A stretch of DNA of 64,000 nt from Raillietiella orientalis (taxonomy: Eukaryota). A program made the position numbers and the translations under genes. Positions 38,601-52,200 of this stretch are shown here, piece by piece. The notes beneath the pieces were generated by a model. The model did no database searches, was not told where the DNA came from, and saw only the letters and a program-made list of their open reading frames with translations. How positions within the stretch are numbered: the stretch's first letter is position 1; the number at the start of each line of letters is the position of its first letter. The stretch covers positions 3,782,001 to 3,846,000 of the forward strand of contig JAYWIR010000012.1 of assembly GCA_036172245.1 (NCBI GenBank). Direction: 5' to 3'.

Positions 38601-41600
38601 TGATGGTTACAACGTTTTCAATTTGCACTTCGAGAAAAACATGGAAAATATTCATAATAGGATGATTCGTGATTAGGGAAGGGCTGGCTTTTCTGTACGA
38701 AATGGATGAATTTGAATGATCGTCATGAAGAGTATCTCTTCTACGATTTTAAGTGCAGTAATATAACTATCGAAACCAATTTTCAAAATAAAATGGTTTC
38801 TCCTATTATGAATAATGAGAAATAAATATGAAGCAAATAACTAAATTTAAAAGAAAACACGATGCCAAAATATCCAGTCTTGTTTATTTTTTTAACACGG
38901 TTTTTATGCCCAATTTTGCAAACAGAGAGTGATGCTTGTGTGACTATATAAATATTTGCAAGTGCATTCTTTCTTTTTTTTTTTTTTTTTTGTTTTCTAG
39001 TGAGGAAGCTCGAGAATCAGGCTTTGCTATCCTGATAGACATGAGAGGAACAACATGGAACTCGGTCAAACCTGTGTTAAAAGTATTCCAGGAACATTTT
39101 ATATCCAAGATTCATGCAGTGTACATAATTGAACCAGAGAATTTTTGGCAGAAGCAAAGAACTAGTTTTTGTACACACAAATACAAGTTCGAGGCAATTA
39201 TTTTTCTGAATTTGCATTTAAATCGAAAATTCGCCAGTTCAGTTATAAAAAACCTGTACATTTCAGATGAATTTAGTAAGCGTTGATGAACTTATAAAAG
39301 ATATTGACCCGTCCCAGTTGACTTCAGATTTTGAAGGATCTCTTTTTTACGAGCACACACAATGGATTGATATGAGATTGGTGAGAACTAGGGATTCTCC
39401 CCAATTACTGCATTCTGAATTCTATTAGGCCATCGAAAAATTCATATGGCAAGCCACTGAGTTGTTAGATCAAATGGATGACTTAAAAGAGGAACTAGGA
39501 ATTAAAGATTTTCCTTCAAATGTCTCTGAGGCCAAACATAGTATTGAAAAGCATAATGAGATGAAGAAGAAAATCGGAAGAATAACGTTAGACGATGTTG
39601 GTCATCAAGGACAAAGACTTGTTCAGAGGTAATAATTCAGTGTTGATATTTGTTTCAACCTATTTTTTCTTTCCAGATTAAGTTGTGAAGGCCACACAGG
39701 CTATGATTCTGGTTATTCAAGCAGAGACAGCAATTTATCGTTAAATCCAGATTTAAAAGCTAGCATTCCTCAGATATTGAAGTCAGTTGATGCTCTGCGT
39801 CTAGGCCACCAAGAATTGCTTCAGCATTGGAAAGAGTGCAAAGAAAAATTAGACCAGTGTTTTCAGTTACGCCTTTTTGAACAGGATGTTGCAAAGGTTC
39901 TAACTCATTTGTTTGAATTAGTATACAATTGTACTTAAGATGTTCGAGTGGTTAATACATAACCGCGAACATTTTTTGGCAAATTATGTTGAAATCGGGC
40001 ATTCATATCTAGCTGCCAAAGAACTTCAAGATGAGCACAGCAAGTTTACCATGTCCTCCCTTGTAAGTTGTTTGGATTTCTGTCTCATTTGAAAAATTCA
40101 TGTTTTAGAATGTGTACATAAATATTAATCGTATTTTAATTGTGGCAACTCATCTAATTGATAGCAATCACTATGCTAAAGAACATATTCAGGCTATTGC
40201 TGGACGTTTAGATAGGGCATGGCGGGAGTTTGCTGCTGGTTTAGATGATCGGACCAAAGTCTTGACACAGTCGATACTGTTTCATGAAAAAGCTGAACAG
40301 GTTTCATTATTATTATGTAGTTTGCACCTAAAACAAAGTCCTTTTATGCATTAGTATGTCAATAAGGTGGAAGAATGGAGCAGTGCTTCTGACATTGGAA
40401 ATTTTCCTCAAGAGGTCTCAGCATTAGAAAATGTAATTCATCAACATCAGTCTCTGTACGAAACTATGTGCCAGTGCTATACTGAAGTAAGTTTGTTATT
40501 ATACCGAATCTATTTAAAAGTTAAAAATGGGCATACATATGGAGGTTTTAGTAAAATAGCATGTGATGCAATTTTTTTGTTTTTTTTTCAAAAAAGTAAG
40601 ATTTTAATACAGGATTTTGATTTAAGGCAATTTATTAATGAACAAGCGTTTTGGTAAACATGTAGGGAACTTATACGTGTAGATGCTATACTGAATATGA
40701 GTCTAGCTGCACTTTAATGAGCTACTGCGCTCATGTTGTGTTAGTGTCAGCGAGTAGTTGCATAATTGTATGGATTCGTTTCTTTTTAGGTTCACAGCAT
40801 CAGCAAAAAACTTCTTTATCAGTTAGATCACTTGGTGCAAGTGTGCCATCAGCCTAACATGGAACTTACCTCTCATCGAGTAAGGAAGTCCCTGTCATTC
40901 ATTGAGAATTTTCGTTTTATATTTACGAAATATTTATTCCAAGCTTGACTCTCACTGCTGCTTTTCATTGGGATTTCAGGCAACTCATGATGGAAAAATA
41001 TTATTTAATGCCAGCAATGAATCCCGAACACATGGAAATCCTGCAGCTGACTATTCAGAAGGTGCAAGTCATGTGTTGCATATCATTCATGAAATTTTAA
41101 ATCATCATAAGACATTAGAACGAAAATGGTGCAATAAGAAAATCAAGCTTCATCAAAAGTTTGCTTTATGCATGTTTCAGGGTGATGTGAAACAGGTTAG
41201 TGTGTTTAGAAATAGATTTCGTTATTTATTGTTTACCTCTTAGGTAATGGACTGGCTTGAAGAACATGGAGAAGTTTTCCTCATGAAAAATGTAGGCATC
41301 GGAAAAAACCTAGAAAAAGCTACAATGTATAAAAAAAGCTATCAGCATTTTGAAAATGTGGCTCAGGTAAGTACATCACATGAGTTCCTGTTAAAAAAAT
41401 AAAAATAAATGGAGGTCATTTTCATTTCATTGTGAAATTCGCAGAAGTCATGCAGATTTTTTTATCTAATTTTTCTTCTTTGGTATACAGTTACAATCTA
41501 AGAAGTCTGTTTGGATTGTTTTTACATTTGGAAATTCTATGATGCTATTCTTCATGATTTTATTCTTTATCTGAAGTTATTACTTGGACTTTTATTGATT

Positions 41601-44600
41601 CAAAATTAGTTTTGGAATTCAATTTTGTGTATTTTCTCCGCACTTTAAATTATAGGCATACAAATCAGATTATTGGAGATGGAATTATTTTAAACTGGTG
41701 AACATGTTGCTCCGCTTTTCTTTTATTTTCTTGGAACTTGTAAAAGTACACGCTGTGGAAAATGATTTGTTTCGTTAATTGTTCAATACCGAAATTCCAC
41801 CGAGTTTCCAAACAAGAGGCCAAGATGCTTGTTATTTATGTTTTTTTTTAAATGCTTTGAAACAATTAGGAATACTCGCCCGTTGTTTCCTCATGATTGT
41901 GACATCTTGGTTGTAAACCAAATGATTTTCGAGCAGTTCATAAAATGTTAAAGTGTTTTTGGTTGCTGTTTATTTTGAATTAAATGATGTGTAAGTGTAC
42001 GTGTAAATGTACATGGAAGTGTACTTGATGAATTAATTTCATAGAAGAAAGTAAAATCACTTGATCTGTTGATCTGTGCTCCGGTTTCCGCAGTCGTTTT
42101 CTCTTAAAGTCAAACACCAAGAAGTAAACCTAAATTTGCACGTGTCATCTTGATTTTGTGCTACTTTTTACAAGTTTGTCCTCAAAAAAGAAGGCACGAT
42201 TATGCTATGATGGAAATTATAAATAAATTCAAGAATAGTGCAGAATATGATGTGATGAATGCAGTTCCTTTATCTAGTTGCTTACTGTCAGGCTTATAAG
42301 CTCTTATCAGCAACTTACTAGGCTGATGTACTTTTCTCCTGTTTTTTGCATCGCTTGCTGTTACATAGCATTTTTGTTGTTATTTTGTGTAGAATACGTA
42401 CACTAATGCGGAGAAGTTACTATCCGCAGCAGAAGAACTTGCAAGAACTGGTGAGTGTGATGTAGATGAAATTTTTGCTGAAGCAGCCGAACTTGAATCA
42501 CACATTGCACGATTTGCTCATCGTGTGGAGCAGAGAAAGCATTTGCTCGAAATGGCAGTCCTTTTTTACAGTCATGAAGAGGAGGTTTGCATATGAGGCT
42601 AGCAGGCAGCTACAGTGTACTTTGTTGCTTTTATAGATGTTGAATTGGCTAGATGAGGCTTCCAGACAAATCAATAGCCAAAACGTGCCCAAAACGGCTG
42701 ATGAAGCAGAAATGCTTATTGCAGAACTTTTGAAACAAAGAGATTCAATTGCTGAAGTTTTGCAAAACATCATTAATGAAGGATGCTGCCTGCTGCAAGA
42801 ATTGAGGTTGATTTGAATATTGGATTCAATCTAGTTGTAAAATGTTTATGTCGTCGTTGTGTGTTAATTTTTTTTCCCCCTAGTAATATAGGTTTCTCAG
42901 AAGAAAATGACTCAACTGGTTCTTACATCAGTGTGGAGAACTCTATAAATCGACTGAATACTACTTTTACATCTTTTGATGAACTTTCTTTGCAAAAAAG
43001 ACAAACATTAGCATTGATGTTGGAATTACAGTATTTTGAAAGAGATATCGTTGAAGTAGGAACGAAAAGTTCAAAAGACCTTTAGTTTTTTTTAAAAAAA
43101 AAAAATTAGATTTCAGCTCAGGTTGAACAATGGTCATGTGATCTTCAGTGTATTGATCTGCTTTGTGATTTAAGTACAGCAGAACGAAGTACCGAAATGC
43201 ATAAAGAACAGATAAACAACATTCAAGCTGTTTTCCAACACATAATGAAATCAGGACAAAACCTAGTGCAGGTATTGTTTTGTGTTCATGTTTTTTTCAT
43301 AATGAACTTTTCTGCTTCAGGTACTAGAGACGAATGGGACAGCATTGCCTGGTGAGAGTCGTTTAGAAGCACAGTCAAAAATGAAGATTTTGCTTGAATT
43401 TATACATGAGAAGAAATTGATGTTGGATCACCTTGCCGAAGAAAAAAAAAGCAAATTGAATCAATGTATGCAACTTTGTCAATTAGAGCAAGAAGCTTCA
43501 CAGGCATGTTGCATATATTTGGCTTTTTTTAACATTCAGAAAATTAGGTTCTAAATTGGATACGTAGCGGAGAAACAATGCTGGGGGCATGTTTCATCAT
43601 TCCTAATAATCTACAAGAAGCAGAAGAGCTCAAGAAAGAACACGCACATTTCCAAGCTACTCTTGAGGTAACCTTGTGAAATTTTTCCTAGTAAAATGAT
43701 TGCTGCATATGATCAAATGCAAAACAGAAGACGAAGACCCTTGCTCTATCAGTAAAGCAGAAAGCAGAGCAGCTTTTAGCCTTGAACCATTACGAACCAT
43801 GCAAAGTCAATAATCTGGCTGATCAAGTATCTGAAAAATGGCAGCAGTTAATCACTCATGCCGAAGACAGACATCGCTTGGTAGCATCTGCCATCAACTT
43901 CTATAAGACAGCTGAGCATGTACGGCTTTGTGATATTTTCCGTGTATGATTAAAAAAAAATTAGATTTGTTCAGTGCTTGACAGCTTGGAACAAGATTAT
44001 GCGAGGAGAGAAGATTGGTGTAACTTGACTAAATGTTCAGCTGATCGCCATACTTTCATTAACCAGCTCCTTTTGAAACATCAAGAACAAAAAGAAGCGT
44101 TCTTGAAAGCATGCACTTTTGCGAGACGTTCAGCAGAGAACTTTCTGAAGTATTCTAATCGTAGTTTGCAATATTACAGCAGTGGTCAAATGGAAAGCAG
44201 AAGACGAGGACCAGAGTTGAAAGTCAAAGGTAAGCCATGGTTAGAAGTTGATGAATTTATCAAGTATTTCTGAAAGGGATTTTGGAGAAATTGTTGAGTC
44301 AAGAAAATCAAGTCCTTTCATCATGGACTCAGAAGAAGAAAACGCTGGAACAGTGTCAGCAGTTTGTTTATTTTGAACGATCTGCTCGTCAAGCATTGGA
44401 GTGGATTCGAAACCAGGGCGAACAGTATCTTCTGAGTCATACATCAGTAGGCGATAATCACTATGAAACAGAAAAGCTCCTAGAAGAACATCTGCATTTC
44501 AAAGATATTGCCAAAGTGAGGTTACTGGTGTTTTTCCAAAGCATAGAATGCATGTGTTTTTGTGAAACAGGAAACTCGAGAAAAAGTTAAGCTCCTATTG

Positions 44601-47600
44601 CAGTTGGCTGATGGGTTGATGGATACAGGTCACATTCACGCAGCTGATATAAAGAATTGGATTGCTGCTGTTGACAGTCGCTACAAGGAATTCACCTTAG
44701 GAATGGAAAAGTATAGGTCCCAGCTGGAAACTGAATTGGCTGCCAGTGGCTTCAAAGAATCATCACATGATCGACATTCTGATCCCACTCTAGAATATAA
44801 AATGAAAGAACTATCTCTAACCAAGGAGCTGAATGATGAGAAGAGACGCTCATCACGCAAGAAGGAGTAGGTTTAAAATAGGAGAGACTCTTTCAATAAT
44901 GCAAATTAGGTTTATCATGGCCGAACTCTTACAAACTGAGAGGAGTTACGTAAAGGATTTAGAAACTTGTATCAACACATTTCTGCGAGAGTTGAGTTCA
45001 GGAAAGGATGTGCCTCCTGGTATTCAAGATAAGAAAGACATGATTTTCAGCAACATGGAACAAATATACGAGTTTCATCAGCATGTTTTTCTTAAAGAGT
45101 TGGAGAAATATCAGACGATCCCCGAGGACGTCGGACATTGTTTTGTTACTTGGGTAAGCTCGAAAGACCTGTATAGAAAGTGTGTGACGATGCACACCAG
45201 GCACCTAAATTCGACATGTACGTCACCTACTGCAAAAATAAGCCAGAATCCAACAGTCTGTTGGTATCACAAGCGGGAAACTATTTTGAAGAAGTGCAGA
45301 GAGCTTACCATTTGGAACACCCCATTGCTGCATATCTTATTAAGCCAGTACAACGTATAACTAAATATCAATTATTGCTCAAAGATTTGCAGTCATGCTG
45401 TGAAGCGGGTCAAGGAGAATTAAAAGTAAAAGACTTGGTTGTCAGCATGTTTTCTATCTTCTCGCAGGAAGGTCTCGAGATGATGCTGAATGTACCCAAA
45501 AAAGCAAATGATGCAATGCACCTGTCTCTGTTAGAGCAGTGCGACCTGACTTTTGAGCAACTGGGCGACGTTATTCTTCAAGATTCATTTTTCGTTTGGG
45601 ACTCGAAACAGATCATTCGCAAAGGGCGTGAAAGGCATTTGTTTCTCTTTGAACTGTATTTGATATTCAGCAAAGAAGTCAAAGACAACATCGGGCGAGT
45701 CAGATATATCTATAAGCAGAAACTTATGGTAAGTCAACTATCCCAACCATTTGTGACCGTGGATCCATGGTATTTCCTTAGACATCAGAAGTGGGTGTCA
45801 CTGACCACGTTGAAGGGGACGAGTGCAAATTTGCTATTTGGACGAGTCGCACAGTGCCAAACTCGGAACCGAAATTGGTTTTAAAGGTGACATATATGTG
45901 TTTGCTCGCCACTTTCCAAACATAAGTGTCCATTCAGGCATCATCCATCGAGACCAAACAAGTTTGGACCCGTCGGTTGCGGGAAATCATTCAAGACACG
46001 TGTTTTGGTTCATCTTCTTTGGGAAAATCGGGCTCTCGTGGTAAATGGCAGAGTCAGCGGACAAGCAAGTAAAAAAAGAAAAACAATGTTTATCAACGTC
46101 GCGCTTTGTGACATTCGATTCTTAGGGACTTGGAAGATTCAGGAGACAGTGTTCAGCATTTGAATAACAATTACGTAGCTTTTCCGGAAGTCAACCAGGT
46201 GATGTGTTAAAAGTATTAGATCTCTGATGCTTCTTCTTCTTTTCAAGTATAGGATAGCTTATAAGTAGGTGTGATACCAAAATTAAAGGAGTATCGCATT
46301 TTTGTTCCCCCCTCCCCCGAAGTTTCTGGTCGTAATCTGTTTAGCGGATGACCCCGAATCTACTCGAAATAACCTCAACTCTCTTGGCAAAATTTCCCTC
46401 CCCCCTCCTTCCCCGCGCGCACGCCGTCAGTGTAGTTTCGGTGGTCGGAATTACGGACCGTACATTTGGTGGGGGGGGGGGGGAACAGACGCAAGAAGAG
46501 GACAGGAAGCTCGTCGTTAACGTGTGTTTTTGCATGCGATGCTACGTCTTTCCACTTCAATTGTATGGTTTTAAATCCCAAGTCCAGGGAACGGGGAACG
46601 TGCAGTACGAATCAGTAAACAAAAAGAAAAAAAAAAAAAAAAGGAAGCCCTGTCCGCATGAGGATTTGTTTCCTTACCGGTGGCTTGTCGTTTGATCAGC
46701 CGTCTCCGGGAAAAGAGTTTTTGAACGCCCCACGCAACGGGCTTGTAGCATCCACAGGCGGTGTGATCTTGTACCACTGTGGTAGGAGTTCGTGATCGTA
46801 TTAACGGAGTTGTGCCACCAACCCGCGGTTCGGAGAAGAGCGTAGGACTCGCGTCAAGCATCTTGGTGCGGATTGGGTTTCTCTTGCCAGAACAGAAGCC
46901 GGAAGGAGATTCCAGGCACCAAGGGGATGGTGTCTTGGGTGTATGCGTCAAGGGACGGGGTAGGGCCTTGCGTGAAAGGTGTCGTCGAGCTTGCCCCTCG
47001 CTGCAAGTGGTTCCTGGCAGGTTGGCGGTGTTCATCCTTCTGATGCCGAGTCGTGTGCCCGAACCTTTGTTCTCTCAGCAGCGTATCTTATCGGGCGTAA
47101 AGGTTGGACTGCACTGAGTCACAAAAGGTTTGAGTAATGCCGCGTAATTGCGCTTTATTTCGAGAAAATCGACCGAGAGTCGTCGATTGCGTTCCGATTC
47201 GGAACCATCTTCCGTTCCACGTGCTCCTCCTCTGTCAGTTGATCTTCTCCCCGTGCTCTTTCCAGTGTGCTGGTTCCAAATTTTAAATAGGATTACATAA
47301 TGTAGACATTTTGTCTCTGCGTAAAAAGGTGCGCTCTTTGTCGATTGCATTGTGGCAGGGTAGAGTTGGATGGTATATACCCAGAAGTTTCTGTTTGCTT
47401 CTCCACGATATCCTCGAGCAGATAAAGCAGAAGGAAAGCAAGTCGATTGCTCTCCGGTATGCTCCCTGCTTCCCTTCCTTTTTGTGTTGATAAGTCTGCA
47501 TCCTCTTCATCAGCAGGCAGGTACATTGAAGGTTGACAGCCACAGATTCGTGTTGCTTTTGGTGGTGGTGGTGGTGGTGGTGGTGGTGTGTGTGTGTGTG

Positions 47601-49253
47601 TGTGTGTGTGTGTTGCACGTGTGCGAGCGAGCGATAGCACAGTTGTCTGTTTCAGCGGCCACGCGATCGACACACGTAATTTAAGGCTTTTTTTAATCGC
47701 TTTGGTAGCGTACTTTCTGGTATCTTGCAATTCGTAATGCCTTCGGATTTTTTTTAGCCGGGGTCTTGGACTGCATTTTCGTGTGCAGTCCCCAACGTTT
47801 CCTGGCAGCTCGTTTCACCGCGGACTGACCCGATTGTCCGATAATACATTTACCCCCCTCCAAAGTTTTTTCTGGCTTTCGTGGTTCCCAAACGTTGAAT
47901 TCTTCTTCTTGCTAAATGAATTCAATTCCTACGTCCTCCACAACGGAAACGTTCATTCCGTCGCAGAGCAAAGAAGGAACTGCAAGAGGTGTTCGTGGCG
48001 TTGTTTTAAACGTTTGCTGACGAGCTCTGCGGAATGGAAAGTTCTTTCGCCCCGAGAAAATATTTACAATTCTGACCTTTGTCCCGGCGCTGCGAGAAAG
48101 CGGCTACTACTTTAACACGTGGGATTGAACGTGTCCAATTTGCGTGTCACACACACACTTCAGGTCGGTGAAAGAGTTGGAAAACCCGCGGATTTTGCAA
48201 CATTATTCGCACCTTCGGTCCCCGAGATGAAGCAAAGATTCATCCCACTGTGGTTTCGCCGGTGATTGGGAAGCACCGGTCTCGGGAAACCTTGCTTGAG
48301 GGTTCGAAGGACGGCGTGGTTGCTCCGTCATTATCCGAATTTGATTTGTGGTTTCAGCTTGTCTCGATGTGGTGCAACTGCATGGCTCTTACGTTTTCGA
48401 ATATCCGGAAAATAAAGTGCGGGGGAAAAAAAAGGGAGGGGGGGGAACTCGCCGTCGTTGTTAAGGCGACGTGTTTCGCAGCCAAATTAATCTGCAAGGT
48501 TGATTTTCTTGAGGTGTTCCGATCCCGTCGACAGCAATTAAGTGCGCCTTAATGGTTTTCCGATGTATTTTTCCCCGGCTACCGTTCGTACGTGACTTAT
48601 CGAAAGCCCCGCTATTCGGTAATCGTCATGAAGCAGTGAATAAATAATTGTAATTGATTCGTCTTTCCGATAATGACGTTGAAGTGCTTCAAAGTAAGAC
48701 TTCACGTGCCATTCCCATCCGGCGTTTCCGCTTTGGGGTTTCGTTTCGAGCCGCTCCCGAAGAAATTTAGCAAAGTTTGCGATTCTCTGCGTTCGAAATG
48801 TGCCTCCTCCTTTTTGCCACAGTCGGACTGGATGGGCGTTTCCAGTAGTGGTGGTAGGTGGTGGTGGTGGTGGTAAGTTGAGTAGATCAATGCCTCGAGG
48901 CTCATACGTGTTTGCGGATCTTCTGATGTTCTAGAAGGGATTTCCGGAACCGCGGAGTAATCACTTCGACGTGGCTTCTGTTTGACCCAGGGGGAGCACG
49001 TACTTTGAGTGGGAATTTAGGTAAAGGCGTCATTAGCTTTTCCCTGCTTTCCCCTTTAATCCTTAGGTATTTTCATTTGCATCTTAGCTCATCATCAGTC
49101 ACATTTAGCATGCTGTAAAGCTCCACGGGCGTGCACTGCGGTCCCCAGCATCTTTTCTTCTGACGAAGAATTATTGTTATTCTTATTGATGAAATCCATC
49201 TTCCCGATTGATTTCCCCTCCTCCCTTTTATGCTGTAAATTGGGGCTGTATGG

Positions 49254-49286
<33 letters not shown>

Positions 49287-52200
49287 ACGTTTCGTACGGT
49301 TCGTGTGAATTTATTGCCAAAAAATGAAGCTCCATGAAATTTTCGAGTTCTTTTCCGGAATCCCCAGCTCTTCGTATCTACTTTTCTTTAGATTTTCGCT
49401 GAATTCCCTTTGTCCTCGTTCTCTCTCCCCACGTGCCTTGCTATGTGGTGATGTTTTCCACAAATTCGATAGCAGTGCTGCGTCTTCATTTTGTTCTGGC
49501 GGATGCGGTTTGCCCGGTGGCCAGGGGGGAACACGGAAGATTTCCGGAACTGTTGCAAAAAGAGTCCGCAGTGCGGATGTTGGAAATTCCCCGCGAAGAA
49601 AATCCACATCGAGTAGGGATTTGAGGCGAGGCAGAGGCCGCCCGGCCGTGTTAACCCCTTGATCACACTTGGGGGGAGGCACAAGCGGACGTTTGGGGGT
49701 AAACGTTGTCGTCTTCTCCCCAACGAAAGTTCACGGAGTGATTTCGTTCTCACGGTAAACGAAAAGGTCCGAGGCAGAATGTTGGCGTTTTCGTAAGTCC
49801 TTGCAAGCGCAACGTGGGCACCTTTCCCCCCTCCTTCCCTCCAACTCTCACCTTTTTCTTTAAAAAATAATAATCACAAAAGTAAAAGCGTTCAGGTCGC
49901 CATTTATGCCGCGCGTTCAGAAGCGGAAATGTCACACACACGCTAGTGATCACGCATGTCACACATATATGTCTGCTTATCCGTATCCGAGAATATATTA
50001 CCTTTGGTAGGTTTGTATTTAGCATTTTAACGTGTTTGCATTCTTCGGATTTCATTGGGAGGAAAGCTGGCGCGGAGTCCCACGGATGTTGCCCGTCGTC
50101 GTTTCGAAATATGGGATCGTGGTGTGTGCCTTTATCTTGCGTGCGAAGTTGTCAGTCAGTGTGTTTCCAGAGCGAGTCGGTGTGATTCAGACTGTGGGTG
50201 GAAGGTTTGTGCTTCCTCATCACCCGCAAGTTCCCCCATCCTTGTGCTGTCCTGAAAATGACTATTTTTTGGGGGCGGAAGGCATGGCCGAAGTGCGGAC
50301 CAAAACAGACAGGAGAATAATGTCTCTTCGTTCATGGATACGCCGCACTTCCCAAAATTTAAATCGTGTGAAACTGTTTCGAAATATGTCGAATGACTCG
50401 GCGAATGTTGGGAGTAGTCCTCAGAAACAGGTAAAAAGAAAAAAAAAAAAAAAGAAAGAAAGAAAGAAACACGCGCACGTACACGCGCGCGCGAAGATCG
50501 TTCGTGTCGGTCGAAACGCGGTGTCTCTCTTAACCTGATTTCTGTTTTCGAGTGTCGCCCCGGCACGGATTGTTTTTATAAATAGTGCTGCTGCCACGCG
50601 ATGTTTCCCGTTCAGCTTCCCGTCTTTTTTCCCGATGTTGGCATGTCGCTCCCCAAGGGAGTTCTCGAAAGGGAAAACCGTACGGTCGTCGCGAACGAAC
50701 ATGCGCGCGCAAGTCTTCCCCGGTAACTGAGATTGCGTACCGTCCTCGCCTCGACCAAGAAAATGGTTCGTCAGACCTCCCTCCCTCCCTCCCTCCCGTC
50801 TGGCATCAGCCAACTCGCCCCACTTGCTCCCTCTCGCCGCTGCAGGTGGAGGGAGGAGGGTATCGTGGGAGATTTCACCTTTTCCCCACGGCGGCGGTGC
50901 ACGCGCGTGCATCGAGGCGGACTTTGTGGCAGCCGTCTTCAGTGATGGGTCCGTGCCTATCGCTTGCAAAAAGCAGGAGTGGCTGCTGCTGTCCATCCGC
51001 TCCAGAGCGGGGCTTCCCGTTCCGAAGAGCAGCTCTGCCGCCTGCTGGAAGGCACACTCGGAACCCGTAACAGTTCCGCAAGGACGAATACCCTTCCCCT
51101 GCAGACGTCCCTGTTCTCAGCTCCTCTCAAGTGTGATCGTTGACGTGCCGTGGGCCGTCGCAGCAACCGTGTTCAAAAGTACGACTGTAGGGTGTGCGAG
51201 CAAAGCGCGATCCAGATCGCCTCTGGAGCGAACGAATGTGGTGGTCGGTGGCTCTTCTGTCTGTCGATCTGTTTCTTACCACCGCTCCGCGTTCGCTCCC
51301 CCGGGTGCTGGTTTCCTTTCTTCCTTTCTTCCAGTCAGGAGAGTGGGTGCAGCTTTTTTGTTTCAGCCGCCGTCTTCGTACTCTGCCGTGTCTACGACGG
51401 AACTCGTCGGACCTTTTCGTGACGCCAATGGGTGTCGAATTTCTTCGTTCAGATCACTTTCTCTCTCGCTCTCTCACAGCAGTCCCCCCGAAGTCAAACT
51501 CGGAAACCTCATTGACAGTCGTTCGACTTGACTTGACCCTTGACGCGTGCTTTTGCTCATGCAAGCGCGTCTCACACTGCTTGTATGTTTGTTGTACGAG
51601 CTGTTCTCTCGCCTTGAGCACGCGGCCCTTGTCACCGCATTGAGCTTCTCACGAAAGGACGCTCAGGGTGTTAAGGTGCGCTTCTTTTTTTACCTCTCTT
51701 TAACGCTCTCCGACCTGGTACGTACTCGATTTACGGATTGCCAGCAGAATTACTCTATTCTTCGTGCGTGTGTTTCATACCCAGCTACAGTGACCATTTC
51801 TGCTGGAGAAGAATAACAAGCTAAGAGTTGTATACACAGTTTTCTTCCTCCTCGGTCTTAAGCGTCTTTCATCGTCCGGTCTTTCCCTTCGTTGAATGCC
51901 TACGGCGAGTGGGTGGCTTTCACAAACCTTTTTTTTTGTTTTTTTTTTCTTTTAAAAATCAAACTATCTACGTATTTTCTTTTTTCTTTCTGAGCAGTGC
52001 CCAAGAGGCACCTTTCTGGATACTGGCACGTGAGACCGCGAGACCGCGGTGCCAAGCACAGAACGCATGTTGTGTATTTAAGACTGCAGCAGCGGGGTGT
52101 TGGGAGAACTGCTCGCTCGCGAGGCGTCTCTTGGCACGCCGTGGTCTCAAGAAGAGGAAAATCGAAGAAGAAGCGATATCGGGTTTATCGTTTCGAAACG

